The notes: generated by a model not told the origin, from the sequence alone. Positions 11,642 through 24,524 are shown, counted from the first letter of the whole stretch. The stretch is DNA of 63,729 nt, filler included, from Neoconidiobolus thromboides FSU 785 (GCA_025603075.1; 9 parts of 9 records of this genome joined end to end with filler, not necessarily neighbours in it), one strand, 5' to 3'. Program-made: numbers and translations.

Positions 11642-11935
11642 TTGAAAGAAGTAAAAATAGTAAAACAAGCTATCCATTCTATTGTTAATAATATAGAAGT
11701 CCTGTTTTGTTGTTGGTTTTAGGCTTTTCAATTTTAAAAATATATACCCTTGGCTTCTCCTTTTTAAAATTACCAGATGTGTTTAGTCATAGTTGAATGC
11801 TCTTAGTTTTATAAAGCTTTACCTTTATTTCAAGGTTTTAGGTTTTATAAATAAATTATAGTTTAGTGATTTGATTATATATAAATTGCTTATTTTTACT
11901 GTTTTACATAAATAGCTTATATTAGGGCAATAATA

Positions 11936-12039
11936 TATATGGATGTATTTTTTGTTTAAGAATCTTACTAACAACCTTTCCACTCAAATAGCACTTAGAA
12001 AATAGAAAAAGTAATGAAATAGTAAAATATCCCTATATA
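11936..12039 (+). mobile_element. MITE family A
   Basis: ATATGGATGTATTTTTTGTTTAAGAATCTTACTAACAACCTTTCCACTCAAATAGCACTTAG...ATATCCCTATATA. Confidence 0.85.
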
Positions 12040-12516
12040 AAGAATGCTCAGAGCCAACATCACAAAATAAATAAGTTTAAAACTTCTACTGCCTAAATAT
12101 CATTTATATTTTATGGTTAGTTGCTATTAAATATTAATAAAAGGATTAAAAATATAGTGCTTTAATATACTTTTTGAAATAAAATAATTAGCCCAAGGTA
12201 TTTACTATATTGTTATTGTAACTTTTTCATAGTTTATTACATAAGAAGTAATCTGTTTTATCTTTTACACTTAAATTAAACTTTTTAATACAAAACTAGT
12301 ACCATCTAATATCTAATTTATGTTAGTTTGTATTCTAATTCTATAATATTTTGTTTATTATTACAAAATACTCAAAAGCTTATGAAAACACTGAAGTATA
12401 CATATAGCATTATACTAGGGTTATAAAGACTTATAAATGTTTTATACTATAACGTTATATATGTTTAAAACTTAAAAGGAAAATAATTTAAATTAGATAA
12501 TATTTTTATTAATAAA

Positions 12517-13194
12517 TTAATGGTATGGGGTAGCGTTGTCATAGCCATTGAAGTTAGTACCTGCACCAATGACACCAAGTCCAGTGGATGAGCCATAGTT
12601 ATTAGAAGAGCCAACAGATCCAGCTCCAGTAGCAATGATACCAACACTATTGCCTGCATTAGTACCTGAATATGGACCAAGAGATTGACCATAACTTGTT
12701 CCTGAACCAGTAACACCTGATGAGTTAATGGCATTACCTTGGGAAGCTTGGAAATTGGTAGATGATCCAAACCCAGCAGTTCCTAAAGTAAGACCAGAAG
12801 TAGAACCAGTACCAGCAGAACCTGCATAATTACTAGTACTTCCAAAAGAAGATCCTACGTTAACAAGTCCAGAACTACCAGTGGCACCAGAAATAGCATT
12901 ATTACCAGATGAGAAATTGTTGCTATATGGAGTAGCAGTACCTCCAGCTACACTAGAGCTAGCACCAAAAGACGAGTTTGGTCCTGAAGCGATACCAGCT
13001 GCAGTACCAGTACTGGTACTAGAGCCACTTCCAGCTGCTGAACCAAAAGATGAATTTACAGCAGCACTCCCTCCATTAGTGATACCACCAATAGCACCTG
13101 AACCACTAACTTGAGATACAGAATTATCTGGGACTGGAACAGCAAGGACAGAAGTCAAAGCTAAGACAATCATGAAAGGAATAGATTTAACCAT
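12517..13194 (-). CDS. Secreted Gly/Ser/Thr-rich low-complexity protein (225 aa)
   Basis: Signal-peptide-like MVKSIPFMIVLALTSVLA followed by G/S/A/T/N-rich semi-repeats (SSFGS, GSSSNF). Confidence 0.85.
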   Translation of the reverse strand: MVKSIPFMIVLALTSVLAVPVPDNSVSQVSGSGAIGGITNGGSAAVNSSFGSAAGSGSSTSTGTAAGIASGPNSSFGASSSVAGGTATPYSNNFSSGNNAISGATGSSGLVNVGSSFGSTSNYAGSAGTGSTSGLTLGTAGFGSSTNFQASQGNAINSSGVTGSGTSYGQSLGPYSGTNAGNSVGIIATGAGSVGSSNNYGSSTGLGVIGAGTNFNGYDNATPYH

Positions 13195-14101
13195 TTTGTG
13201 AATTAGAGTGATATTAATAATTTTTATAAATTAAGAGATAGATAGAATTGATTTTTGATACTAAATGTTGGTTATTTTTTGAGTTTATATACTATTGCTT
13301 TAAGCCTTATTTTTGATTATTCCTTGGGTGTCAAGTTAGGTTTGCTCTCCCCCTAGTTTTTGTTTAATATAATTTTAGATATTTTCTTCTAGAATTTTAA
13401 GGATTAGTTAAAATTGTGTTTGTGTTTAGATATTTTTTTACATTTTTTCTACCCTCTTTTTTTTTAAAAATTGTGTTTATAAATTGGTTACATTACATTA
13501 TCAAAGTCCATTGCTCAAAGTAATAAATTTTTGTAGTTTTGGTAAACATGGCTGTTTTAAATAGCGAAAAGTAAAGCTAAATTTATAATAAGGTTAAACC
13601 GTTTATCTGCCATACTTATTAATTATATATCATATTTAATTTAATATGTAAAATAATACAATAGGATTTTTGGTAACATTATTTTATATTGATTTTTATA
13701 TAAAATTTATTTAAGAACATGGTTTAGATATTTTTTTGCTTTACAAAATTATTAATTTAAATCTATTAACTCAATTAACTTGCATAATTTTTTTAGCTAC
13801 ACTAGCTAATCCGCCCATCAACTTTTAGTCAATTATTTGACCATTATGCTACCACACAAGTAAAGTGTATATTGAATCTAAAGATTTTAAAATTTAACTA
13901 CGAAATAATTCAAAGCCCCTTATTAACCCCTCTATGTCAATAGATTTACATAAAACCAACTCAGGAGACTAAAAGATTAACTTAAACGCTTAAGCTAGTA
14001 GTCAAATTTAAAAGTATAAATGGAGCAAAAAGAATACCAAACCTAGCATTCAAAAAAAGTATCTTATAACAATCATTTAATTTATTTACTAATATTCAAT
14101 A

Positions 14102-14398
14102 ATGAAACCTTTCAACTTAATTTCAGTCTCTTTCCTTACCATTGTAAGCGCTTCTTATACTCCTATTACTCCACCAGCTTATGATCATCATCCATTGACT
14201 CCACCAAGTTACGATGTTCCACCATTGACTCCACCAAGCTATAATACCCCTCCATTGACCCCTCCAGCTTATAATACTCCTCCATTAACTCCACCAAGCT
14301 ATAATGTCCCACCTTTAACTCCACCAAGCTACAATGTTCCACCATTAACTCCACCAAGCTACAATGTTCCACCATTAACTCCACCAAGTTACTACTAA
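14102..14398 (+). CDS. Secreted Pro/Tyr-rich decapeptide-repeat protein (98 aa)
   Basis: Signal-peptide-like MKPFNLISVSFLTIVSA followed by 8 x (xxx)P[LI]TPP[SA]Y, a 30-bp repeat whose variation is largely synonymous. Confidence 0.85.
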   Translation: MKPFNLISVSFLTIVSASYTPITPPAYDHHPLTPPSYDVPPLTPPSYNTPPLTPPAYNTPPLTPPSYNVPPLTPPSYNVPPLTPPSYNVPPLTPPSYY

Positions 14399-14795
14399 AT
14401 GCTATATATGAGCAAACTTTAATGTAGTATTATAAGTTTAAAATAAATGATCAAGTCTTAAATATTTTTGATGCTTTTTATAATTCAATATGACAAGGCT
14501 TTAAGTATAGTAATTTATGATTTAAAATTAATAAAGACCAGTTTTATAATTTATGGATAAGAAATTCAGGACACAATAACAATTTCTATTATATGATGTT
14601 TGAGGTCACTAGATAAAATACTCTTGTATTTATGCCTTTTAAGATTTTTAAATGAAAGTCACTCTTACAACTACGACCAGTGTCTTGACTCAAATCCTAG
14701 ATAAAATACCAGCCTTTTTACAATTTTTGTAAGATCAATTAATTTAATAGTTAAATTCAATGCAACAATATATATTGACAAAACAAGGCTAAAAT

Positions 14796-17085
14796 TTATT
14801 CATTTACTAATTCATTTAACTGGGACATTCTTAAAGCTAAGAAGAAACCAGAGATATTTTTTCTTTGCTTAATCCAAACATCATAAAGAGTTCTTAACTC
14901 TAATACAGTTTCTACTGAGTCCCCATTGTCCATATACAATTTATATTTATCTCTCACATGGACTAATTTGAATTCTAGCTTATTTGAAAGTGGCCCAACG
15001 CAACTAACTTTGACAATTCCATTACCCTTAAATTGAAGACGATATCCGAACATAACTTCAATAATTTTAACAAAATTTTTGTATTCATTATAGGTGGCCT
15101 AGATAATAAAATATAAATTTATTTTATAGTAAAATCAGAGCTTACTTTTAAATTTATTTTGGCTTTAGAATATAATCCTGTGTTCCTCTGGCTTAAAATG
15201 AAATTATCTTGTTTATAAGAATTCAATTCTGCTTCTAACTTTTCTATTTGGGCAGATTTTGGTATTTCTTTTTCAAATTGATAGAAGTCAACCATTGTTC
15301 TTAATGCCGAAACTTCACTCATTATTAACTCAAAATACTTTTCTTTTTCACGATAGAGACTATCTTGGGATGGATTGTCTTTCAATGTGATTGCCTATTA
15401 GTTTATAGTATTCATGTAATTTTGATCATATAAATTCAACTACCTTAAGCCCACTTCCATTGTGACCGTTCTTTTGGTTAAGGCCATTCTTTAAACTAAG
15501 TAGTTCCATACTTAAATCTGAAGCAGTTGATTTCCAGCGGTTGATTTCTAATTTTATAATTTAAACAATTCATTTATCAATCATTGAATTTACCAGTAAT
15601 TAATCGAATTCTGTCAAATTTTTTTTCTTTCTCAATGGCACCAACTTTTTTTTTAGCTGTCTCATACATTTTTTTAATTTTCTCTTCTCTTTCATTTGTT
15701 TCAGTGTCATCAATGCTTTCATTGTTATTGACTCCATTATTATCTTCATCATCGTCAATTCGTATATTATTCTCTGCATTATTTTGATCGAAGACATTAA
15801 AATCATCCATAGAGGATGTGGATCCATTTTCAAGCTGATGGACTCTATCTTTATAAACTCCTAACTTATAAAAAGATAAACTAAAAATAGACAACAAATA
15901 TGAAACAATTACTTCATACTCGGTATCTACTAACCTAGCCTGCATAATTTTTCTTTCTTTTTCTAACTTTTCTTTTTCTGTATGTAAACTCTTTACGAGT
16001 TCATCTTTGATTATTCTAACCATTTTTCTACTCTCATTTTGAGGTTTTGGTTTCCTATTTTATTAGTAAATTGAAGCTTTATGATTATCCATTTACTTTT
16101 CAAATTTAACTTCTCTTAATAAATCATAACCAAGCCCCGCCCCGCCCATGGTATATATTAAATCATCTTTTGATTTATTAAGTTCGCCAACACTTTTATT
16201 AAAAGCAGCCAAGTTTTTATTGTTGCTTTCAAAAGTCTTTATCACATGGCCTATTCAATATTATTGTTACTCTCATTGATATTCAGATAGAAGTTGATTT
16301 ACCCTTGAACTTCGAAATGGCATTTTTGAGATTAACTTCATCCTCATCTAATAAAATAGTTGTATTTAAGTCTATTCCAGATTGGTTTACTCTTATTTGT
16401 TCCTCAGTAAGTGTATTATCTCCAAACAATTCAGCATGCTATACTTAATTTAACTATAGTAATATTTATTCGTTGACATTGTTTTACCTGTCTATTATTG
16501 GCAGCCAAGATTCCTTTTAAGTAATTGCTTTCACGAATTTTGGATTTAAGTAAAGAATACGTTTTTTGAACTGAAACCATTAGGTCTTTATAATGGTTAT
16601 TAAGCGCTAATTTACTATAATTAGTACATATAATATCATTAACTATGTCCATTTACTATCATCACTAAACATCACTTCTTCAGAATCATATAGATTATTA
16701 CTTCCAAGAATACTTCCGAAGCTTATGTCATTCAAATGCTGATTACCAGTAGCAGAAAGTTCATGCGACATGTTCCTCTATATTAAAAAAAGATTATCAA
16801 AACATTTATAAATCAAGAATGGCTTACATTGTTATTATTCTCTTCTTGCTGGGCTTGTGGGCCTAAAAAACTCAAATCTACGCCAGTACCCTGGGTGAAA
16901 GTAAACGTCGATAAATCTAAATCATCGTTAAGGAAGTCGAGGTCATGGATTCCTCCATCATCACTTTTAGCATCATCTCCATTGTTATTAGTTGAATCAA
17001 TTCCATTGTTCATAGCATCTATCATTCTATCAGGGTCCTGAAAGGCGCTTTCATTTATATCAAAAGAGTCGTTGGGATTCGACAT
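14796..17085 (-). CDS. MAD1: Spindle assembly checkpoint protein Mad1-like, multi-exon
   Basis: Long coiled-coil exons, ITLKDNP (the VLxxxxNP segment), and C-terminal FGYRLQFKGNGIVKVS...WIKQRKNISGFF resembling the Mad1 C-terminal domain. Internal exon boundaries were not fully resolved. Confidence 0.7.
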
Positions 17086-17766
17086 TGTTGTTTTATTTTA
17101 ACAATTTATATATACAAAAAAATGTTAATGAAAATTAGGAATTTGCTATTTATATTAAAAATTTGATTTTTAATTGGCTATTATACCATCATGTTCTCAC
17201 CTTCTACCTATTATTTTGTATACAGTTATCCCTTCATTTCAAAATTGAAAATTGAGCTCTGAAGCTGACATGTATATTTTAATCTATACTTTGAAATTTT
17301 GATTACTTAGATAAGGATTTTTATTTGATTATCAAGTTCCTTAGTATCAATATTAAAGACTATGAACCTATTATAAAAGTTTAATTTTAATTATTTTATT
17401 TGTTAATAAACACTTGCCCAAAAGGATTTGATAGTTTGGTTTTTTTAAAATCAAATTGATTTAATTTAAACCAAAGGTTTACTATGTTATTAGAAATTGT
17501 TTTAAGTTAAAGTACCGAACATATTTTTTATAATTTAATGGTGTAAAACTCCAATATTCATTATTTAACATTAAGGTACTGTAAACAAATAAAGCTTTCA
17601 TTTTTAATCAACTATCAAATTAGAAGCCCCGTTAATTTTGTACAAAAATTTGTTTTGTACTCATTTTTTTTGGGTACTGTAGATAAATCTAAAATTACAT
17701 AAGTTCATATTAAAAATAAAAACTATATAAACAAAGATAGTTAATCGGAAAGAAGAACAAACTGAA

Positions 17767-18693
17767 ATGAAATTCGAATTACTAATCTCCTCTTTATTAA
17801 ATATAAACTTGGTTCAATCTTATGCCACTTTCCAACAAAGTGATGCAAACAGTGATCGAGTCAATACTCCTGTGGTCAACAACATGAAACAGCCTGATAT
17901 TGATGATGTAAAATTAGGTGCTTGGTATGCAGCCTTTGCAGTATGTCCTAAATCAAAATTACAAACCTGGTCCTGCAAAAAATGTGATCAAACACCAAAA
18001 GTTAAATTTTTGAGATATTTGTCTAAACCAACTAGTGGAACGGCAGGTTATGTTGCAGTAAGAGAAGATAGCAAAGATGGCTATTTTATTGTTTCTTTCC
18101 GTGGCACTAAGAATGCAATGAACGGAGTTACAAATGGTTCTGCTGCACAAGCTAAATTTAGTGCTATCGACGATAATGAAGCTAGGGTACATATGGGTTA
18201 TTTAAATTCCATGGAGACATTATCAAAGGATTTCATTGGTGAATTGAAATTGCAATTGCTTAATGAGGTCTATAAAAATTATAAGATTAAAGTTTATGGC
18301 CATTCTTTAGGCGGTTCTATGGCTTCATTAGCCTCAATTAAAATAAAAACAGAGTTAAATATCAGCTGGGATCGCTTAGAGCTATACACCTATGGTCAAC
18401 CAAGAGTAGGCAATATGAAATTTGCTAAATGGTTTGATGGTAAAGAAATCTCTACTGCTAGAGTCGTCAATAATAATGATTCAGTGCCCCATGCCCCACC
18501 CGTTGATGTATTAACCTATACCCATCATGGTAATGAATTATTTATCCCTGCTAAGGATAGTAATGTAGATGTTCACTATTGTAATAAGGATGTTTATGAA
18601 GATGTTGATTGTTCTTATTCGATTTCAAAATATTCGGAAGAAGCACATTATCATTTCTTTGATACTACAACCGGGGAAGAGTTTAATTGTTAA
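17767..18693 (+). CDS. Secreted class-3 (fungal) triacylglycerol lipase (308 aa)
   Basis: Signal peptide, IVSFRGT, VHMGY, nucleophile GHSLGG, YTYGQPRVGN, DSVPHAPP, YTHHGNE and a terminal catalytic H in AHYHFF. Confidence 0.95.
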   Translation: MKFELLISSLLNINLVQSYATFQQSDANSDRVNTPVVNNMKQPDIDDVKLGAWYAAFAVCPKSKLQTWSCKKCDQTPKVKFLRYLSKPTSGTAGYVAVREDSKDGYFIVSFRGTKNAMNGVTNGSAAQAKFSAIDDNEARVHMGYLNSMETLSKDFIGELKLQLLNEVYKNYKIKVYGHSLGGSMASLASIKIKTELNISWDRLELYTYGQPRVGNMKFAKWFDGKEISTARVVNNNDSVPHAPPVDVLTYTHHGNELFIPAKDSNVDVHYCNKDVYEDVDCSYSISKYSEEAHYHFFDTTTGEEFNC

Positions 18694-20017
18694 TGAGAAG
18701 ATAATATACATGTCAAAACAAATTTGTTAAACTATTTAGTAAAGATGATAGATTCTCATGAAAAGTGTTATAGAATAAAATTAATAAATTAATATAATTT
18801 TTCCATTTTTCAGAGTTGAAATTGTAGCTCAACATGCTACTGTTAATAATTTAATACTTAATTTAAGAACAGATATAACGTTTAGAATGTATCATTATTA
18901 TATTCAACTTCTTATTAAAGCCTACCTTTAATTTTTAATTATTAGTTGTGATATATAAATAGAATTATGCTTAAAAGTTTGAAGTAATGGCTATAAATTT
19001 AAATAATATTTAAATATCATTTAAATATCTATCTTAAAATCACATAATCACGAAAAAATCAGTTTAAATAATTAAGTATAGTCAAACTATCCTAACAAAA
19101 GGATTAGGTGCTTAAAAGTCAAGAGTTATAAAAGGATAGTTTTTTTCAATATACTAGATGATCGAATATTTCAAACAACAATAGGATAGTGTAAACAGTA
19201 ACTCGAGCTATTGAATACAACTTACAAGTATTACTAACTTCCTGAAGTTCTAAATTATTATTTCATGCTAATATCCTTAAAACACATTTTATATAGTTAT
19301 ATGTTTAAATATTATTCAAGCATCAGTATATTATAATAAGGGCAATAAACCGATCCTTAATGAGTGTAATTCTTTTAAAAGTCTTTGAATAACTTTATTA
19401 AGAATAAATTAAAACCAAACCGAAAAAAGAGGCTAGTATTATAATAGCTGTCAATAAGATGTAAGCTGGAAGGGGTAGAGCTAAGAGTGGATCTGGAAAT
19501 AAGCTTAAGATATAATGCTCTCGATCTAAAAAAGGCTATTATATAAATATTATGATTAATATTTAAAATAATAGGTTGGAAAATAAGTAAAATATAATAA
19601 ACTAATAATAAAAAATACTATCAATAAACACCAGATAAAATAATATAGAAACAAACAAGTAGAAATGAATATAATGTTAAATCCAAGTGTGGAATCTTTC
19701 ATTGCTATTTTTAGCCTACTCTTTTAACTAAAGAAATTTTAGTAAGATTATGTTTTTGTTTTTTTAACCCAAGTTTGAATTATTATTTAATTGGCTTCTA
19801 ATTTACCTACTAATTGTGGTGATGTTTTCGAAAGATAATTCTTAAATTTATTCATTTTAGTGTTTTGTAGATAAAGTCCATTAAACTTTTGCAATAATAT
19901 CTGCGTTTGGTTTTACGTAACCAATGATAGTCTCCGAGTAATTCTTAATAAATTTATGTTCAGAGCTAGCAACAAAAAGGATTAATATTTTGATTAAAAA
20001 ATTTTAATCATTTTACA

Positions 20018-21459
20018 ATGGAGCAACAAGATGAAAACATAGATAATTATAATGAAGTTAATGGTCAAAAAATTGAAACAGATGAAGAATTAAAAGAAAC
20101 AAAAGAAGATAGCCCAAAAAATGGAACAAATGAGCCAAAGATGAGTGAAGAAAGAGATACTGAAAAAGATGTAGTTCAAGTGGGGGAAGAGTTAGATCAT
20201 AACAGGAATGAGCAAGAAATCGGTCTAAAGCAAAGTAAATTAAATAACCTAGAAGATGAAAAGGAGGATTCTAAACTTAAAAACAAAAACAAGAGTATAG
20301 AGGAGGAAGAAGAAAAAGAGGAATTGGGAAGAGAAGTAAAAAAGGAAGAGGGGAATCAAGAAAAGGAAGAGGAGAATCAAGAAAAGGAAGAGGAGAATCA
20401 AGAAAAGGAAGAGGGGAATCAAGAAAAGGAAGAAGGGAATCAAGAAAACGAAAAAGAAGGGGAACAAGAAAAGGAACAAGGAATTGAAAGAGAACAAGGA
20501 AAAGAAGAAGAACAGGAAAAAGAACAGATAAAGATGGAAGAAATTAACGAATCAGAAGATATAAAAGAAACTAAAGAGCAGGGAATTAACCCAAAAAGTT
20601 TACTTGTTTTGAAACCAAAAGTTGAAAGATATGAGCGACAGCTATTAAAGCGTAGTGTAGCAAAAGTAGCATTGAAAAGAGGCTTCCACTCTGTAGAGCC
20701 ACAAACCTTAGAAGCACTAACGGAAGTAACTGGATTGTGTAAGGATAATTTATAAAAACAATTCATTTCACTGATTTTCGTATAGTTTTAGAACAGATAG
20801 CCTTTAGGTGCAAAAGATATGCAGAACATGGTAATCGAATTATGCCAAACGCTTTGGACATTGAACAAACATTGCAGGAATTTAATATGGACTGGAGAAG
20901 TATTGGATTAACAGCTACCGATTTATTGGATATTGGAGCGATTCAAGGTATTTAATTTGGCTTTAGCTTTATTTTATATTAATGACAGTAGTTCCCAAAA
21001 AGAGTCATATTGAAGCTAGAAATAATCATCACCATTATTATAAAGATGTATTAAATCCAAACAAAGTAAAACTACCAATTGCACCGGATCATTTACCTGC
21101 ACTACCAAAAGAGCATAGTTATAAATTCTCAGAAGTAAGTTTAATGAAAATTTGATGTTATTAAATTAAACCATTTTTAGGAGACTGTACAAAGAATTGA
21201 GGACACACAAGTTATAAGAGAATTGAATGCGAAAGAAACACGGTTGGTAGAAGAAAATTTAAAAAGTTTTTCAATGAAGCTACATAAAAATAAAAAGAAT
21301 GAAACGTTTAGTGAAATTAATACATTTGGCAATGAAAACGAAGAGGAAGAAGCTGAAGATAGTGACCAAGATGAGCCTTTTGTTAATTATGAAATGTCCA
21401 AGTTTTATCACATCGAACAAGGGTCTTCAATTAAGCATTTATCTAGGTTTAATGGTTGA
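20018..21459 (+). CDS. TAF8: TFIID subunit TAF8-like (Bromo_TP histone fold plus TAF8_C) with a long acidic N-terminal extension; multi-exon
   Basis: RSVAKVALKRGFHSVEPQTLEALTEV, then an intron at 20739-20785, then FLEQIAFRCKRYAEHGNRIMPNALD. A later exon has PDHLPALPKEHSYKF. Confidence 0.75.
20341..20448 (+). repeat. 21-bp coding tandem repeat (EKEE[G/E]NQ) x ~5
   Basis: GAAAAGGAAGAGG[GA]GAATCAA repeated. Confidence 0.85.
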
Positions 21460-21820
21460 TTTCAGTTAAACGAGGTTTTATTTTACTCTAGTTATTAAAT
21501 AACCAATTTCAAGTATGTTGTGCTTTATTTTAGGCATAATTTTATTGAAAAATGCAATCTACGTTATTTTTTAGCACAATGATTTGGTTATTGTTCAATA
21601 AATTAGCTTGAACTATAAATGAATTCTAAATTTTGAATGAAATTTACTTAAAAATTATTGAAAGGATTTATGGCTCCAGATATCGTTCTGGTTATAGGAC
21701 TTGCTTATATTCAACAGTAGTTTTAAATTTTGAGAATAAAATAGCAAATCTAAAACTTAATCAATATAAAGTAAATAAAAAAAGATACTAAAAGATACTA
21801 AAATTCTAAATATTTTTTAT

Positions 21821-23579
21821 TTATACATAAAAAGTTCTTTCTTCATAAGTACGATTATCTGGATCAGATTTGATTTCCGGAGAATCAAGCTTAACAGTTA
21901 CTTTCCATTTTCCAGAAGCAGGGGCAACTACGTTATTTTTATTTCTAGAAGCATCTACGAGTACATCGTTATAATACCAGTTGATGGTTATTTTCTCACC
22001 AGGGATAGTGAATTTTTCTCTATATTGACCAAGTTTAAGAGTTGTTAATACTACTTCATTGACATTATAAGTTAACTTATCAATAAGTGAGACTCTTTGT
22101 AAAAACTTCAGCCAGATGCCCTCCTTACAAACACTACAAAATGAAGGTGAAGTCATATTTCTCATCAAGCACTTTTCATTGCTTGGCCTATATGATTTTC
22201 TTCTTGAAGAATCCCAAGTAGGGTAAGCAGAAATCACTTCATTAGAAATCATAAATTCGCTTTCATCACCATATTCATACATGGTAACCATAGCAAGCAT
22301 ACGAGAAACATTAGGATCAATTGGCACCCCTTTATTACGGATAGTAAGAGTGTGAGTTCCTTTAGTAAATCCACTTGCTCCACTCCAATTATAAAACTCA
22401 CGATCAATACTACCTCTAGATTTAAATGGTAATGCTACACCATCTAATATAATTTCTAAGCCATCAGCTTCTGGTACTCCAGTGATTGAGATTTCTAAAT
22501 ACCAACGTTTGTATGCCCCATCTGAAGTAAAAGTGAATTTTTGGAGTACACTTGTTAACTTGGCCCATGGATATGCTAATACTCTATAAATAGCTTTCTC
22601 TTCTCTCAATGGTCCAGTTAACCATGATTTCCAAGAAACTGTATCTAAAGAAGCTGCTGCATTAACCCCGCTATAAAAATAGCCATCATCATATTCCTCC
22701 CCAACTTCATTAAAGTTGTGACCCATTTCATGTCTCAATACTGTCGTACCAGTTCTTACTGATTTAGTAGCTATAATAAAATGGCCACCAAAACCACCAT
22801 AATAATCATCATTCGCAATAATTGCTGGGAAGTCACAAGCACTGACACCAGTTAATTGGCAGATCTGTTGAGCATAATTGGGGTTTCCAGGATAGATAGC
22901 CCTAAATTGACCAGATTCACGATATAATTTAAATGGTGTGTTTTTAGGTCCATTATAGCCAATTCCAGATTCTTGCGATTCTACATAGATAGCCCAAATA
23001 TTAAAGAAAGGTAACCAAGATTTGAAAGTTGTGCCTTCAAACATTTCTTTGGTAAGACGAGTCATATCACTAAAAAAGGCCTCTTTCTGACTGGCAGTGT
23101 AACCATCACCCATAAATACAACATCTACTCTATTATTAGGATCACCATTGTCAATAATCTTACGTACCTCAGTTGCTTCAGCTAATTGTGCTTCAGGTAG
23201 GCTATTGGATAAAAGTGCTTTATTTTTGTTTTGGCATAGACTATTTAGCTTGGCTTCAACCGCAATTTTGGATTTACTATACAACTCATAAATTATAGAG
23301 TTATCTTTTACTTCAACTTTGGTATCAGCAGCAGCAATTTGATATGGCTTTGATAATACAATTACAGCATTATCATCTAAGGTATCTAAAGGTTTATAAA
23401 TACCTTCACTATTTCTTTCGATAACAGTACATTCAAGATTTGCACTATCACTACGCAATTTGATGTAGTTTACTGGTGGGCTAAAAATTGATGAGCTTTT
23501 TATTAATAAAAGGATTGAAGTAAACTTACGAGCAAAGAACGGCACTGATACAAAGAGAAATTAAAAGTGAGGGTTTCAT
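21821..23579 (-). CDS. Secreted M64-family (IgA peptidase-like) zinc metallopeptidase
   Basis: Exon 1 MKPSLLISLCISAVLCS (ATG at 23579), intron 23481-23529. Motifs RVDVVFMGDGYT, FNIWAI, DDYYGG, zinc-binding HEMGH..VGEEY, and CLMR...FCSVCKE. Confidence 0.9.
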
Positions 23580-23686
23580 AATTATTNNNNNNNNNNNNNN
23601 NNNNNNNNNNNNNNNNNNNNNNNNNNNNNNTTAATTAATTAANNNNNNNNNNNNNNNNNNNNNNNNNNNNNNNNNNNNNNNNNNNN

Positions 23687-23849
23687 TGCTTGTCAAGGTG
23701 ATTCTGGAGGTCCAATCTTCAAAGTTGAAGCAGGAAAAACTACTCTTGTTGGCATTACTTCATGGGGTCATGGATGTGCTCAAAAGAATTTCCCAGGGGT
23801 CTATACTAAGTTATTTATGTTCAAGTCCTTTATTGAACAAAATTATTAA
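23687..23849 (+). CDS. Trypsin-like S1 protease, 3' end only (5' part in the gap); tandem paralogue of 25424
   Basis: ACQGDSGGP...[22 protein letters not shown]; near-identical to 26048-26209. Confidence 0.85.
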
Positions 23850-24246
23850 AATCTTTAACTGATACTTGTTATTGGTATTACAATTAATAGTAGCTAACTA
23901 TTTCGGTTTAGATTAAAAATTATAATAAATAATTGTTGAAGTTTATATGATTTTTTATCTTTGCTTGTTGATGAAATTAAATTTTATATTATTTGTATGC
24001 AAAGATGTTTTGTAAAGCTTATTGTAAGTATAAGTATTTCAACTAATCTTAATAGTAAAGTAAGTTCAAATAATACTTATAAAATAAGTTATAGCTCGAA
24101 TCAATTATTTTAATACTTAAAACTGACTTTTAATGGAACGAGCCTAATTAATAATTGCAGGGATGTAATTAATTATTTGGATCTATATACATGGTACAAG
24201 GCCACACTTTATACTATTTTGGAATTTCGATAACTGTAAAAAACGA

Positions 24247-24350
24247 TATATGAGGGTGTTTTTATTTTATCACTTTTTTTATCTTTTAAGTGCTATATGA
24301 GGGGAAAAATTATTAGTAAAATTCTTAAATACAAAAATACATCCTCATAT
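24247..24350 (-). mobile_element. MITE family A
   Basis: TATATGAGGGTGTTTTT...TTAGTAAAATTCTTAAATACAAAAATACATCCTCATAT. Confidence 0.85.
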
Positions 24351-24524
24351 CAAATGTCTTTTGATTTTTATTTACTTATTCCATTTTTATATAGCATAAA
24401 ATTTTAAAAATGATTAGATATTTCAGTAAAAAACTATTGTAATATTTCGCAAAATAAAGTGGACGATTCTACTAACAAAGACCTTGTATTATGGTCCAAT
24501 TTATTTTGCGAATATTTGAAGTTC

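Noticed and set aside
14166-14387. Antisense repeat ORF (MVELMVEHCSLVE...) and similar shadow ORFs at 12465, 12881, 20249, 20440, 10389, 15584 and 16829
   Set aside because: They are opposite-strand or alternate-frame shadows of real low-complexity or coiled-coil genes.
14150-14395. Regularly spaced 30-bp repeats as a possible CRISPR array
   Set aside because: The units are contiguous with no unique spacers, are in frame in a coding gene, and the context is eukaryotic with no cas genes.
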